The notes: generated by a model from the letters alone, not told the origin. A stretch of 64,000 bases of DNA from an uncultured Mycoplasmatota bacterium (GCA_913062645.1 CAJXVW010000002.1:301433-365432); one strand, 5' to 3'. Numbered from the stretch's first letter, positions 46,278-56,808 are shown. Made by a program: numbers and translations.

Positions 46278-47391
46278 CGCGTTTACCACCCATCTCGCTT
46301 CTAACTTCATTTTCTTGTGCAACAATCAGAACCTCATCATCTCGTCGATACTCACGTACGAAGTGTTCATTAATTTCCTCTTCCGACATGGCATAATTTC
46401 CGGTATCGTGAACGCTGTGAGACAACTCCTCCAGGTCACTGTAATACAAACCAGGCAACAGCGACCGTCTTACATAAAAATGCTTGATGCCCCTACGCAG
46501 CTGGTAGGATTTTCCCAGTACTGATTGCAGTTTGTGGAACGATTGATCCGGTAGATTGCCGGCGATTCGAACACTCACATATTTGGTACGGATCATTTCC
46601 TGCCACATCGCATCGACCGCGTCATTGAACTCCATTTTCTTCATCCTGTCATAGATATCATCGAAGTCATAATCCCAATGCTCTTTTTGATGTTCTTCCA
46701 CCAGTTCCGTGCTACGGATAAATCGCAGATGGATCACACGCGGTTTCATACGTTTTAGATCCAATACGACAATGGGATCGGAATCAATGAAATGACACTC
46801 ATGATCGTTCAATCTATAATACCCGGCCAAACTTAACACGTCTAGATTTTCAAGACCTTTTGTGTTGTGATATTTGATTTTGACGTATCTGGGATAATTA
46901 TCATCCAGCTCCGTCAAGTGAATGTCATGGACCAACATGATGCTTCGTGCAGCTTGGTAGTAGTTGACGTAATCAATATCGTTCCATAGTTTCAATTTCT
47001 CGTTTGTTCCTTTGTCATCTCCAGCAGCGGATTGATGAGGAAGAACATGGTTGATTTGATCCGTCAGTTCCTGTTTCACCTTGGGAGACCCCTGAGAATC
47101 ATCCACCAGTTCCATGGCCGTTGTTTTCAGTTCCGACAGTCCATCATAACTGATACCAAACAGATAATCATATACATCCTGACCCAGACGATATCCACCT
47201 TTCGGTCCTCGTTTCGACCGAATATCAATGCCAACATCGTTCTTTAACAGCGCTACTATACTACGGATGTTTCTCTCATCCGTTCCTATTTTATGCTTGA
47301 TCTCGTTAACGGAAACAAAATCGTCGTTGTATGACGCTGTCCCTGCGATGGAATGAAGAAACCTCATTGCTTTCAACACTCTGCTTCCCAT
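46270..47391 (-). CDS. wHTH + WYL-like transcriptional regulator (BrxR/CapW-like architecture)
   Basis: N-terminal VSVNEIKHKIGTDERNIRSIVALL...GPKGGYRLG (HTH_11-like). Later YYRLNDHE...RVIHLRFIRSTEL resembles the WYL core. The stop overlaps the glycosylase start (ATGAGTAA). Confidence 0.5.
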   Translation of the reverse strand: MGSRVLKAMRFLHSIAGTASYNDDFVSVNEIKHKIGTDERNIRSIVALLKNDVGIDIRSKRGPKGGYRLGQDVYDYLFGISYDGLSELKTTAMELVDDSQGSPKVKQELTDQINHVLPHQSAAGDDKGTNEKLKLWNDIDYVNYYQAARSIMLVHDIHLTELDDNYPRYVKIKYHNTKGLENLDVLSLAGYYRLNDHECHFIDSDPIVVLDLKRMKPRVIHLRFIRSTELVEEHQKEHWDYDFDDIYDRMKKMEFNDAVDAMWQEMIRTKYVSVRIAGNLPDQSFHKLQSVLGKSYQLRRGIKHFYVRRSLLPGLYYSDLEELSHSVHDTGNYAMSEEEINEHFVREYRRDDEVLIVAQENEVRSEMGGKRDE

Positions 47392-47672
47392 TGTTTTCTC
47401 CTTTCATGCTTCTATTGTGATACGTGAGGCATGGACAACACCAATCCGTGCCCCACTGTATCAAAGGGGTGTCATATCGTACCAAAACTACTATTCAATC
47501 GATTGAATATACTTAAATTTTATCATATACCAACTCATTTTAGGGTTATTTCATTCCTTTATTAGAGATTTTATTGATATTGTATCAAGCCCAAAGTGGA
47601 ATATACTCTACAAAATAATATCAATAGATTGTGTTCGTTTTCCATAATCAACACATCTGAGGAGGCTGGGCA

Positions 47673-47780
47673 ATGAGTTATATAAAGAAATCAGAAGTAT
47701 TTCGATTGCTGAAAAATTCAGCTTTATCCTCTCGAATCGTACCAATCAATCATTTACTTCATCGTTTTATGCTGATATAA
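47673..47780 (+). CDS. Possible 35-aa ORF
   Basis: GGAGG 7 nt upstream of the ATG. Followed by a hairpin terminator, AGGCAAC/GTTGCCT + TTTT, at 47805-47830. Confidence 0.25.
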   Translation: MSYIKKSEVFRLLKNSALSSRIVPINHLLHRFMLI

Positions 47781-47861
47781 TGTCATTAGGAAATAGGGGA
47801 TAACAGGCAACTCCTATGGGTTGCCTTTTGATTTGATACTACTGACAAGGAGATCTGCCAC

Positions 47862-48209
47862 ATGAAAACGAAACAACAAATGAACACGTTCAAGAACGTC
47901 ACCATCATCAGCAATTTCGTCCTCGCCTTTTTCTGGTTGTTCTGGATTGCATTCGCAATCAATGCGTTGTTGGGAAACTTTGATCCAAGCACCGGTGATT
48001 TCGCCATGTGGATTGTCATCATGATGTTACTTGTATTGCTCTTTCTGACAGGGCTGTTGATCTATACCAAGGATGCGATGGATGACATCATCTCATTGCG
48101 CCATGTGAACAACACCCAAAACAACAAACTCTACCGTCTCGAAAAGGAACTGGAGGCACTGAAAGCGAGTGTCAAATCACTGGAATCGGATAAGGAGTCA
48201 TCGCAATGA
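47862..48209 (+). CDS. Small membrane protein (2 TM) with a C-terminal coiled coil
   Basis: Hydrophobic segments; the stop overlaps the next start (ATGA). Confidence 0.5.
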   Translation: MKTKQQMNTFKNVTIISNFVLAFFWLFWIAFAINALLGNFDPSTGDFAMWIVIMMLLVLLFLTGLLIYTKDAMDDIISLRHVNNTQNNKLYRLEKELEALKASVKSLESDKESSQ

Positions 48210-48964
48210 CGACCAAAGACTACATTAAGAAACTTGCGCTCGGCTTTGTACTGATGATCATGGGCATCGTCAGTTTCTTCGTCGCCGGCGCCCTTCAGGA
48301 CGAAGACACGCCGGAACTGATTTACAATCTGATCGGCGCCAGTGGGTTTCTCTGGCTGATCGGATCAATCTGGTTCTTCTGGAAAAACCGCAAGATGATG
48401 ATGGACTTCGAGATGGACCGCAATGTCAAACGCATCGAACAAAGCGGAAACTACCATCTATCCACATATCGTCTCCCATTCGATCAGAAATCCGTTCTGA
48501 GCGCGTTTGAGACCGCCAAGCACAAACAGATCATGGACGACACCGCGTGGATCCACAAGCGTTACATGGGCGATTCATTCCTTTACATGGTCCAGTTCTC
48601 CGACATCGAGGACGATCCCTCGCCCGAAGAACTGAGCGAACGACGCGATCAGATCGCCAAACTGCTTCAGGTTCACAAACCGCCAAGGCATCAATACGTT
48701 GTCCATGTCCACATCGTCTTCGCCGATCAACTGACGAGTGAACAAAACGACAAGATGGAACAGATCGTGGCTCGCGCTCGCGCCCTTGCCAAAACGCTAG
48801 GACGCGCCGCACCCCTGGCTCTGTACTACATCTATGACAACGCAACCCAAACCATTCATTACGAACCACACAAGAAACTGCCTATCCTGATCCGCGAAGA
48901 AGCAAAGAAATACTTCAACAAGACGCTCGGTCTACCGATCCCGCCAAAGGAGACCACCTCATGA
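48206..48964 (+). CDS. Membrane-anchored hypothetical protein
   Basis: Two N-terminal TM helices followed by a soluble domain. Overlapping junctions on both sides. Confidence 0.5.
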   Translation: MTTKDYIKKLALGFVLMIMGIVSFFVAGALQDEDTPELIYNLIGASGFLWLIGSIWFFWKNRKMMMDFEMDRNVKRIEQSGNYHLSTYRLPFDQKSVLSAFETAKHKQIMDDTAWIHKRYMGDSFLYMVQFSDIEDDPSPEELSERRDQIAKLLQVHKPPRHQYVVHVHIVFADQLTSEQNDKMEQIVARARALAKTLGRAAPLALYYIYDNATQTIHYEPHKKLPILIREEAKKYFNKTLGLPIPPKETTS

Positions 48965-50652
48965 TCCTCAAACGACTATTGATCCTGTTACTGATACTCC
49001 CACTTGCAGGATGTGCCTTCCTCAACGACGTCCGCGCCAAGGTGGCGTTGATCAATACCGATCTCGGCCAGAAACTGGCCGACATTGAAGCTTACGCCAA
49101 GGAAGTCAACGGCTACAAGATGAACTCGCGCCTGACTTTCAAGATCACGGACCCCGAAACCGACAACACCGCCAACGTCTGGGGCGCCTACGAAGTCGAA
49201 GCGAGCCAGGAACAAGATTACTTCTATTCCTATCTCTATGACAGCGAGAACACCTCCATCCAGCAATACGTCTACAAGGAAAACGATACCTACTTCGAGT
49301 TCACGATAGATAGTGACATCGTTGACGTAAAGGACGTCGATTCGGCGACGTTCAATAGTTTGTTCACCGATGTCGACGACGAGTACGAACTTGATCTTCT
49401 GTCGCTCGAAGTCCGGTCCTTCGAGGAACTGGACGACGGGTCCTACGAGTTCGAGCTCGACATCGACAGCCTTCGTGAACAGACCGATCTCGACAGCATG
49501 TTCGAGCAGATCGGTCTCACCAACGTTGAAGCCTCCAAGGCGATGTTCAACATCGAAGTGTTCGAACCATCCGGCTACCGCGTCCGGTTCGACATCACCG
49601 ACATCGAGATGCCGAGCGAGGACCTCATTGTCGATATTGTGTCATCGACGTACTTCCGATACGATGACATCGAAGTGGAAGATCTCCGCGACGATTCGAA
49701 TCTGAAATGGTTTTTGCCGCACGATCCCGACGGATTCCAAGTCTTCGCCGATGCCGCGACACAGAACCAACTGTACATGCACGGCGTGCGCGGCAGCGGC
49801 TATGTCTGGGTCGAACTGGAGCCGGGATTCTACGATGTCAACCTGTATTCTTACGACACCAACGATTACTTCACCTACATCATTCAGGGTGCAGACGGGA
49901 CCGCCTTTGATCCGTCCGAACTGCTCATCACGGAAAGCGGCATTTACCGGATGCGGATCAACACCGAAGCAAACTACGACATCAGCATCAATTTGAGTTT
50001 CGAGCATCGCGGCATCACCGACATCGTACGACTGGAGAACTTACCACTCTCGGGTCGCATCGAAGGGACGCACGAAGGCGCGGCCGACCGCGCCTACTAC
50101 GATTTTCAGAGTGTTCCCGCAAATGGTTTCTTCGTGTTCACCGACGTCCTGGAAATCGAAGGATATTTCGCCATTTTCAGCGACTTGGATGAGATGCCGC
50201 GCTCCTGCAATTTCGCTTTCATGGACACCTGTTACATGAGTGTCGCAGCGGGTGAAGCCCTGTCCTTGATTGCCAATGGATCGTACAACGGAACCTTCCG
50301 CTTGGACTACGACTACGTCCAATACGTCACACCCCCGAGCGATCCTACCTTGTATCGTAACATCACTGCGGTCACCGACGACACACCGATCGTCCTGATG
50401 AACGGCGACACCGAATACATCCGGTTCACCATTGACGAACAATCCGATATCGAACTCGACATGGAATACTGGATGGAAAATCCCGGTTTCGTCCGCTATC
50501 AGTTGCTGGACAGTGACGGGAATCTACTCCTTCCCTATCTGGAATCCAGACAACAGCTCGACGCCGGCGAATACATCCTCAAGATCACCCTGGATGACGA
50601 GGAACCAGCCGTCGTGTTCACGCTCTTGATGGACGTCACCCCGACCAACTGA
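48961..50652 (+). CDS. Acidic lipoprotein (563 aa)
   Basis: Signal peptide with lipobox: MILKRLLILLLILPLAGC. Confidence 0.6.
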   Translation: MILKRLLILLLILPLAGCAFLNDVRAKVALINTDLGQKLADIEAYAKEVNGYKMNSRLTFKITDPETDNTANVWGAYEVEASQEQDYFYSYLYDSENTSIQQYVYKENDTYFEFTIDSDIVDVKDVDSATFNSLFTDVDDEYELDLLSLEVRSFEELDDGSYEFELDIDSLREQTDLDSMFEQIGLTNVEASKAMFNIEVFEPSGYRVRFDITDIEMPSEDLIVDIVSSTYFRYDDIEVEDLRDDSNLKWFLPHDPDGFQVFADAATQNQLYMHGVRGSGYVWVELEPGFYDVNLYSYDTNDYFTYIIQGADGTAFDPSELLITESGIYRMRINTEANYDISINLSFEHRGITDIVRLENLPLSGRIEGTHEGAADRAYYDFQSVPANGFFVFTDVLEIEGYFAIFSDLDEMPRSCNFAFMDTCYMSVAAGEALSLIANGSYNGTFRLDYDYVQYVTPPSDPTLYRNITAVTDDTPIVLMNGDTEYIRFTIDEQSDIELDMEYWMENPGFVRYQLLDSDGNLLLPYLESRQQLDAGEYILKITLDDEEPAVVFTLLMDVTPTN

Positions 50653-50767
50653 CGAACAGGAGTCCGACCGGACTCCTGTTTTTGTTGGAATTGAAACAAG
50701 CAATACAACCGGTGCGAGTTTTGTGCTACAATGGAAATAAGGAAATTCAAGTGGAAAGGAGTACGCC

Positions 50768-52792
50768 ATGTTCCAAGTCGACTGGATCTACATCCGCCGT
50801 AATGTATCGCACGGATTCTTCGTGCTGGCCGCAGCCCTCATCGGATACCTGTATCTGCCCGAGGACTCGTTTTTCAGCGTGCTGATGCCGGTCACCGGAT
50901 ATGCCGTGGCACTCTTTTACATTACCAAAGGCCGAACCCTGCCCGGCATCACCGCCGGCCTGTTCTTCGGGTTCTTCGGTTTGACGATATTCCGCGAGAT
51001 ACCAATCAATGTGGCCATTCCCATCGCTCTTATCTACGCCCTCGTGATTCTTGGTGAAGCGGCCGCCGTTCACTTCATCGTACGACCGATCGACAACAAG
51101 AACATCCCGACGCCGGAACGGCTGACGCTGTATGGTCTCTTGTCGCTCGCCATCGTCGGCGCCGGTACGGGGCTGATGATTCTGTCGCACTGGGTCTTCC
51201 CCAGAGCGATGTTGCCCTGCGATTGGAACTGTTGGCTGATCGGCACCGGCGGCCAGTTCTTGTCGCTACTCGTGTTCGCCTACACCGTCACCCGCAGCCA
51301 CGATCACGGCCATGTCTATCGCTGGCGGGATTTCAAGGCGATGTGGTTCGCGTTCTTGTTCATCGGTGTGTTGGTGAACGCGATGGTGTTCGATTTGATC
51401 CCGTTCCTCAACTTCAACGATCACAAGTATTTCCTGTTCATCTTCTTCATCTTCGCTCCGTTCAAGCTCCGACGCTCGGTCATCACCCACTATGTCAACA
51501 TCATCGTCGTCGCCTACGGCATCCGGTTCTACTTGTCGGGCGCAAACGACAGTGGTAACCTGTACGACGTCATCCTCGAGCTGAACCTGTTTCTGATCGC
51601 GATGATTTCAGCCTCGCTGATCATGTACCACCTCAATGACAACATCCAGACCAGGACCAAGGAAGTCCGTGATTCGGCGAAGCGGATAGAAGACATGTTC
51701 TTCTCCACGACCGACATCCTCAACATCTCCTCCGACATTCTCGACCGGTCCTACCGGCTTGATCAGTTCTTCATGAAACGGGCGTTCAAGATCGCCCAGC
51801 AACTGTTCGGCAAGTACGACGCCGCGTCGTGCTACTACTTCGAAGACGACAAGATCGTGTTCATCGACGCCGTCAACTACGACGTCGACTTTCTCAACAC
51901 GCTGACCTTCTACAAACCCGAACTCGGCAACAAGCGGATCATCATCCGCAACAACATCGAACAGATCATTCAGAACGAGCTCCAGACTCAATACAACGAA
52001 TACAACCGACGCTACAAGCCGATCAGACGATCGATTTCACTCTACACGACGATGGAGAACAACACCTTCTACGGCATGACCTTCGACATCCTCGAAGGCA
52101 GTGACGAACACTACACCGTCGATGACGCCAAGAAGATGGAAGCGTTCCAGCACTTCCTCGACAACGCCTATGAAATCCATCGCACCCAGTATCAGAAGGA
52201 CAAGTTCCTGACCGACATCGTCGACGCCTTGATCCAGACCTTGGAACTCTACGACGTCTACACCGGAACCCACTCCCAGGACGTCGCCTTCCTGACCCAG
52301 AAACTGTGCGAGAAAGTCGGACTAAGCCGCAGTCGCACCGCCACGGTCTACTGGGCCAGCGTGCTCCACGACATCGGCAAGATCGGCGTCCCCGACCACA
52401 TCATCAACAAACCCGCCAAACTCACCAAGGAGGAATACGAAGCCGTCAAGCAACATGCGATCAACGGGTTCGACATCCTCGACAACACCGAATCGCTCCA
52501 CGACATCGCCGTGTTGGTCCGCCACCACCACGAACACTGGGACGGCGGTGGCTATCCCGACGGTCTCCAAGAAACCGAAATCCCTTATGGCTCCGCCATC
52601 ATCGGCATCGCCGACGCCGTCAGCTCGATGCTGACGAAGCGCCCCTATTCGCCGATCCGCACGATTGACGAAGTCAAGGAAGAACTGCTACGGTGCAAGG
52701 GCACCCAGTTCCATCCCCAGCTGGTCGACGCGACGATCGAACTGCTCGATGACACATCCATTCAGGACTACTTCAGAGACAATAATGAATGA
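50768..52792 (+). CDS. Membrane sensor with a C-terminal HD-GYP phosphodiesterase domain
   Basis: Multi-TM N-terminus, then HSQDVA...VLHDIGKIGVPD...HHEHWDGGGYPDGL. Confidence 0.8.
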   Translation: MFQVDWIYIRRNVSHGFFVLAAALIGYLYLPEDSFFSVLMPVTGYAVALFYITKGRTLPGITAGLFFGFFGLTIFREIPINVAIPIALIYALVILGEAAAVHFIVRPIDNKNIPTPERLTLYGLLSLAIVGAGTGLMILSHWVFPRAMLPCDWNCWLIGTGGQFLSLLVFAYTVTRSHDHGHVYRWRDFKAMWFAFLFIGVLVNAMVFDLIPFLNFNDHKYFLFIFFIFAPFKLRRSVITHYVNIIVVAYGIRFYLSGANDSGNLYDVILELNLFLIAMISASLIMYHLNDNIQTRTKEVRDSAKRIEDMFFSTTDILNISSDILDRSYRLDQFFMKRAFKIAQQLFGKYDAASCYYFEDDKIVFIDAVNYDVDFLNTLTFYKPELGNKRIIIRNNIEQIIQNELQTQYNEYNRRYKPIRRSISLYTTMENNTFYGMTFDILEGSDEHYTVDDAKKMEAFQHFLDNAYEIHRTQYQKDKFLTDIVDALIQTLELYDVYTGTHSQDVAFLTQKLCEKVGLSRSRTATVYWASVLHDIGKIGVPDHIINKPAKLTKEEYEAVKQHAINGFDILDNTESLHDIAVLVRHHHEHWDGGGYPDGLQETEIPYGSAIIGIADAVSSMLTKRPYSPIRTIDEVKEELLRCKGTQFHPQLVDATIELLDDTSIQDYFRDNNE

Positions 52793-52938
52793 TTCCGTTG
52801 TCCATACCTGAACATCAATGTCATCCATTACGTGCCCCGTCTTCGCCAAGCATGTTGTGTTCGCCCGCTTCTCATAGTATAATGGAACAAGGTGCGAACT
52901 CAGTGACACTGTCACCATACGGGAAAGGAAGGTTGTAC

Positions 52939-53467
52939 ATGACCACACGCGACATCTACGAACAACTCAAAACCAAGCACAAGTACAACACGATCGGCAA
53001 GGAAATCATCGAACTGGTGCAAGCCGACGTGATCAAGAAGCAATCATTCGAAGGATATCCCAAGTACGAGCGGGTGTCCGAAAGCAACATCGTATACCGC
53101 GACGCATACAAACTCTACAAGCATGTTGACAAGGAGCGCTATGCCTTGTTGACACAATCGACCGGCGCCGACGGCCTCACGAGAGGTCAGAAGTTCGAAC
53201 TCGACTACAGTGATCCCCAAATCATCCAGGAGATGCTTGCGATCATCCGCAAGACCAGTTCCAATGTGATCGTCGGGCTATTGCGGGCTGCGGCCTTCGT
53301 GATTCTCATCATCGGTATCGTGGTATCGTTTCTTGATTGCGCAAAACGGTGGCGAGTTTCTGATCTTCGGACTCTTCAGCACCTTCACCTCGGCCCTCGT
53401 GTTCTTCGCTCTGGCGCAGATCGTGGCCCATTTGGAAAACATCGACAATCAAACAAAAAACGGCTGA
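52939..53467 (+). pseudogene. Membrane-anchored hypothetical gene with an apparent +1 frameshift near 53335
   Basis: The frame from ATG 52939 reads through the terminator hairpin at 53456-53487. The +1 frame gives a clean TM helix (FLIAQNGGEFLIFGLFSTFTSALVFFALAQIVAHLENIDNQTKNG) and stops at 53465-53467, just before that terminator. Confidence 0.35.
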
Positions 53468-53522
53468 TTTCAGCCGTTTTTTTCATTTTTACTCAACACT
53501 AATTGCTGAAAAAACTAGATAA

Positions 53523-54368
53523 TCACTTGACACTGATGATGTAAGTCAATCGATACAAACCATTCATCATCTTCTCAACGTACTCAATCTCACAAACGGG
53601 AACAAAATCGTAGTCGATGTCGTTCCATTCGTCGATGATCATTGTTTTGAGTGTCCGGATCGATGCCAGAGACTCGCCGGTGCCGGTATACTTGAGATAC
53701 TTGTGGTGATCAATCGTGACTGTGTCATAACCAGGGAGATCGTGTTCATCCGCATCCAGCCCGAACGTCAGTTGATAGGCCTTGTGGTAGGTGTCGATGT
53801 CCGTCTTGACTTTGTAGATGATGCGGTTGGTGCCGTACATGTCGGTTTCGCCGATGGCATCGGCAAACGCTTGTTGCGCGGTGTCGATGTCGCGGCGTTG
53901 GCGAAAGATGTCGCCCTCCTCCACGACGTCATGGGTGACGCCGATGAATCGGAACGTTTGTGCGCCCAGTTCTTCATATTCCAATTGAAAGACATCGGTC
54001 TTGGGAATGTCATACATGACGGAGGGGAAATGCACGAAGGTCTTGATCTTCCGTTTGCGCGCTTCGGAGGGATTCATGCCGTGGGTCTGTTTGAACGCGC
54101 GGCTGAACGCTTCGTTGCTGGAATAGCAATACTTGACGGCGATGTCGATGATGCGCTGATCGGTGTTCGATACTTCATAGGAAGCGAGCGTCATCCGCCG
54201 GTTGCGGATGTACTCCTTGATTGGATATCCGGTGATCATCGGAAACACCTTGGCGAAATAACTGTAACTCACGTTGCAGTGTTTCGCCAGTTCGTGCAGA
54301 TCGATGTCTTCGGTGATGTGATGTTCGATATAGGTCGAGGCCTTGTTGACGATTTCCAGCCAGTTCAT
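53523..54368 (-). CDS. AraC-family regulator with a GyrI-like effector domain
   Basis: HTH_18 motifs (LAKHCNVSYSYFAKVF ... SSNEAFSRAFKQTHGMNP). Start at ATG 54368 behind GGGAGGTGG. Confidence 0.75.
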   Translation of the reverse strand: MNWLEIVNKASTYIEHHITEDIDLHELAKHCNVSYSYFAKVFPMITGYPIKEYIRNRRMTLASYEVSNTDQRIIDIAVKYCYSSNEAFSRAFKQTHGMNPSEARKRKIKTFVHFPSVMYDIPKTDVFQLEYEELGAQTFRFIGVTHDVVEEGDIFRQRRDIDTAQQAFADAIGETDMYGTNRIIYKVKTDIDTYHKAYQLTFGLDADEHDLPGYDTVTIDHHKYLKYTGTGESLASIRTLKTMIIDEWNDIDYDFVPVCEIEYVEKMMNGLYRLTYIISVK

Positions 54369-54507
54369 GATGCCACCTCCCGTCACATCAAATTATATCA
54401 CAGATTCGTTTCGTTGGTTCAATCGATTGCGGTGAATACAAATAATCAAGTGGAATCCCCATGGGTGGGGTATGCTGGTAACGACAAGACCCCAAGGAGA
54501 TGATTCG

Positions 54508-55161
54508 ATGTTCATATTCGAACGGATGTGGCGCAACAAGATCAAGACCAACACCAAACAGATCGCCGGAACCGAATCCCATGAGACTGTCTCGGCGATT
54601 GTTGAAGACGATCCGGTATGCTTCAGTCGGACATTGATCCGCGAACTACGAGGCGCGACCACCGATGAAAAAATCAGGGCGATCTTCTCGCAGAGCGCCT
54701 GCTACATGCCTCACGAGAAACTCGCCGAACCGAAGCAGGTGTATGCGGAAACCAAGGACATCGAGATAGCCCGGAAAGCACTCGAAGACATGTTCAGACG
54801 CGACATCAAAGAGTACAAGAACCTGTCCGACGCGCAGGTCGAAGACATCCTCAATCGTGGCTGGGGTGCGGCCGGTCTGTTCGTCGATGGCGCGATCATC
54901 GCCACCAAGATTCCATCCCAGTTTCACGAGTATTTTGCAACCGAAGACCCGATTCAGAAGAAGTACTACTACTGTCATTGTCCCCGTGTCAAAAAAGAAT
55001 TGCTTGAAGCGGTCGACCTCGACAGTATATACTGTAATTGCGGAGGCGGATTCTATCGTGACATCTGGGAGACGATCACCGGCGAAGCTGTCACCATCAC
55101 CGTCCTGAACAATCTGTTCGACGGTGACGATGTCTGTCGTTTCCGCATCGAATTCACATAG
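54508..55161 (+). CDS. Cys-rich hypothetical protein
   Basis: YYYCHCPRV ... IYCNCGGGFY ... CRFRIEF. AAGGAG SD 8 nt before ATG 54508. Confidence 0.5.
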   Translation: MFIFERMWRNKIKTNTKQIAGTESHETVSAIVEDDPVCFSRTLIRELRGATTDEKIRAIFSQSACYMPHEKLAEPKQVYAETKDIEIARKALEDMFRRDIKEYKNLSDAQVEDILNRGWGAAGLFVDGAIIATKIPSQFHEYFATEDPIQKKYYYCHCPRVKKELLEAVDLDSIYCNCGGGFYRDIWETITGEAVTITVLNNLFDGDDVCRFRIEFT

Positions 55162-55175
55162 AAAGAACTGATACC

Positions 55176-55727
55176 ATGGACGACAAACTCCACCTCAAAC
55201 CCTATCCGCTCATCCATCCGACGACCATTTGTCTGGTCGGAACGCTCGTCAACGACAAGCCGAACTGGACGACAATCGGCGATCTCGCCGTCGCCGGTCT
55301 CAACCCGCCGCTGGTGATGATTTCCTTGCACGCCGAACACGGCGCGATGCGTTACATCGACGAACACCACAAGCTGTCGGTGAACATCCCCACCAAGGAG
55401 ATGGTGGCGAAGGTCGACTTCGCCGGCATCCACTCTTCGAAGAAACTCGACAAGTCGACCTTGTTCGAACATCACATGGAGGATGGCCTGCCGCTGATTG
55501 CCGATGCACCGATCGCACTTCTGCTCAGGGAACTCGATCGCATTCAGGTGAAACAGCGGGTCGTGCTGGTCTGTGAAGTCTACGACACCATCGTGGATGC
55601 ATCACTCGTACAAGACGGACGCTTGTCGCTCGAACCACTCAAAACCGTTCTATATGGTCTGGACAATCTCTACTACACCATCGGTGACATCATCGGTGAA
55701 GGCTACAAGAGTGGCCTGACGAAATAA
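55176..55727 (+). CDS. Flavin reductase-like (FMN-binding split-barrel) protein
   Basis: 183 aa. The pattern PTTICLVGT...NWTTIGDLAVAG...PPLVMISL is typical of the flavin reductase domain. Confidence 0.55.
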   Translation: MDDKLHLKPYPLIHPTTICLVGTLVNDKPNWTTIGDLAVAGLNPPLVMISLHAEHGAMRYIDEHHKLSVNIPTKEMVAKVDFAGIHSSKKLDKSTLFEHHMEDGLPLIADAPIALLLRELDRIQVKQRVVLVCEVYDTIVDASLVQDGRLSLEPLKTVLYGLDNLYYTIGDIIGEGYKSGLTK

Positions 55728-55884
55728 TTCACTTAAGTAATTTCCGATCTCGAAACCTCCTGATTCTTTACGAACGGACCGCAATCGCGGTCCGTTCTTG
55801 ATTGTTGAGAATACGAAATATCAAGCATGTTTGCCCTTCCAGCGCTACAATACTGGTACTACCACGGGACAAGGAGGGGTTCGC

Positions 55885-56808
55885 ATGCTGCGTTATCTGA
55901 TCATCCGCACGCTGTCGCTGGCGGTGACGATATTCGTCATTTTCACATTCTGTTATTTCGCGCTCAACTTCGCGCAGTACGCACTCTATACCGATCTGAC
56001 ATTCCCAGCCTACCTCGAGAAAACCTGGATGATGTACCGACTCTACCTCGATGCGATCGTCAAGCACAACTGGTGGGGTTTCGCCAAAGACGGAACGCCC
56101 CTTTGGGATGTATTGGCCGATCGTTCGGTGATTTCGCTCAAGATCAACGCCATCGCCTTTGCCATCTACCTTCCCGGTGGTGTCATCATCGGGATGTTGT
56201 CGGGCATTTATCGTGATTCTTGGTTCGATCGTTTCTTCACCTTTTTCAACTCGATCTTCGCGGCGATTCCCGTTCACATTCTAATATCGATGTTGATCTA
56301 TTATCTAGGATTCCGCCTGCACATCGGTCATTACCAGTACGTGCGCGGATGGGGATCGATCAACTTCGTTCTGCCGGTCATGGCGCTCCTGTTCAAACCG
56401 ATCGCCGAACTGTCGCGACTGGTGCGCAGCGAACTGATCGAAAGCACCACCGCCGAATACATATTGCTGGCCCGTGTCAAGGGGTTGTCACGAGCGCGGG
56501 CGCTGTTCCGCCATTCCTTCCGCAACAGTCTGATCACCATCATCCCGGAAATCCCGAACGTGTTCATGTTTGCGCTGACTGGCAGTTTCTTCGTGGAAAT
56601 CATCTACGGCATTCCCGGTCTTGCGCGCTTTCTGTATGACAATCTCATCAATGTCTCACCAATCGGCACGTTGTTTGTCAAGATCGACATCTACCCGGTG
56701 ATGGTGATTCTGATGTTTTATGCCGGTATCTCGTTGTTGATGAATCTGGTGGTTGACATGTCGCTTGGTTTCATCGATCCACGAATCCGTCTGTACGAAC
56801 GCACATAG
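55885..56808 (+). CDS. ABC transporter permease, OppB/DppB-like
   Basis: N-terminus MLRYLIIRTLSLAVTIFVI. Permease-type loop ELIESTTAEYILLARVKGLSRARALFRHSFRNSL. Confidence 0.7.
   Translation: MLRYLIIRTLSLAVTIFVIFTFCYFALNFAQYALYTDLTFPAYLEKTWMMYRLYLDAIVKHNWWGFAKDGTPLWDVLADRSVISLKINAIAFAIYLPGGVIIGMLSGIYRDSWFDRFFTFFNSIFAAIPVHILISMLIYYLGFRLHIGHYQYVRGWGSINFVLPVMALLFKPIAELSRLVRSELIESTTAEYILLARVKGLSRARALFRHSFRNSLITIIPEIPNVFMFALTGSFFVEIIYGIPGLARFLYDNLINVSPIGTLFVKIDIYPVMVILMFYAGISLLMNLVVDMSLGFIDPRIRLYERT

Noticed and set aside
48531-52668. Arg/Pro/His-rich alternative-frame ORFs (48531..48869, 49370..49705, 50041..50442, 51223..51558, 51829..52104, 52306..52668)
   Set aside because: These are typical off-frame products of GC-richer genes. 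Each is embedded in a longer ORF with recognisable features (lipobox, TM helices, HD-GYP).
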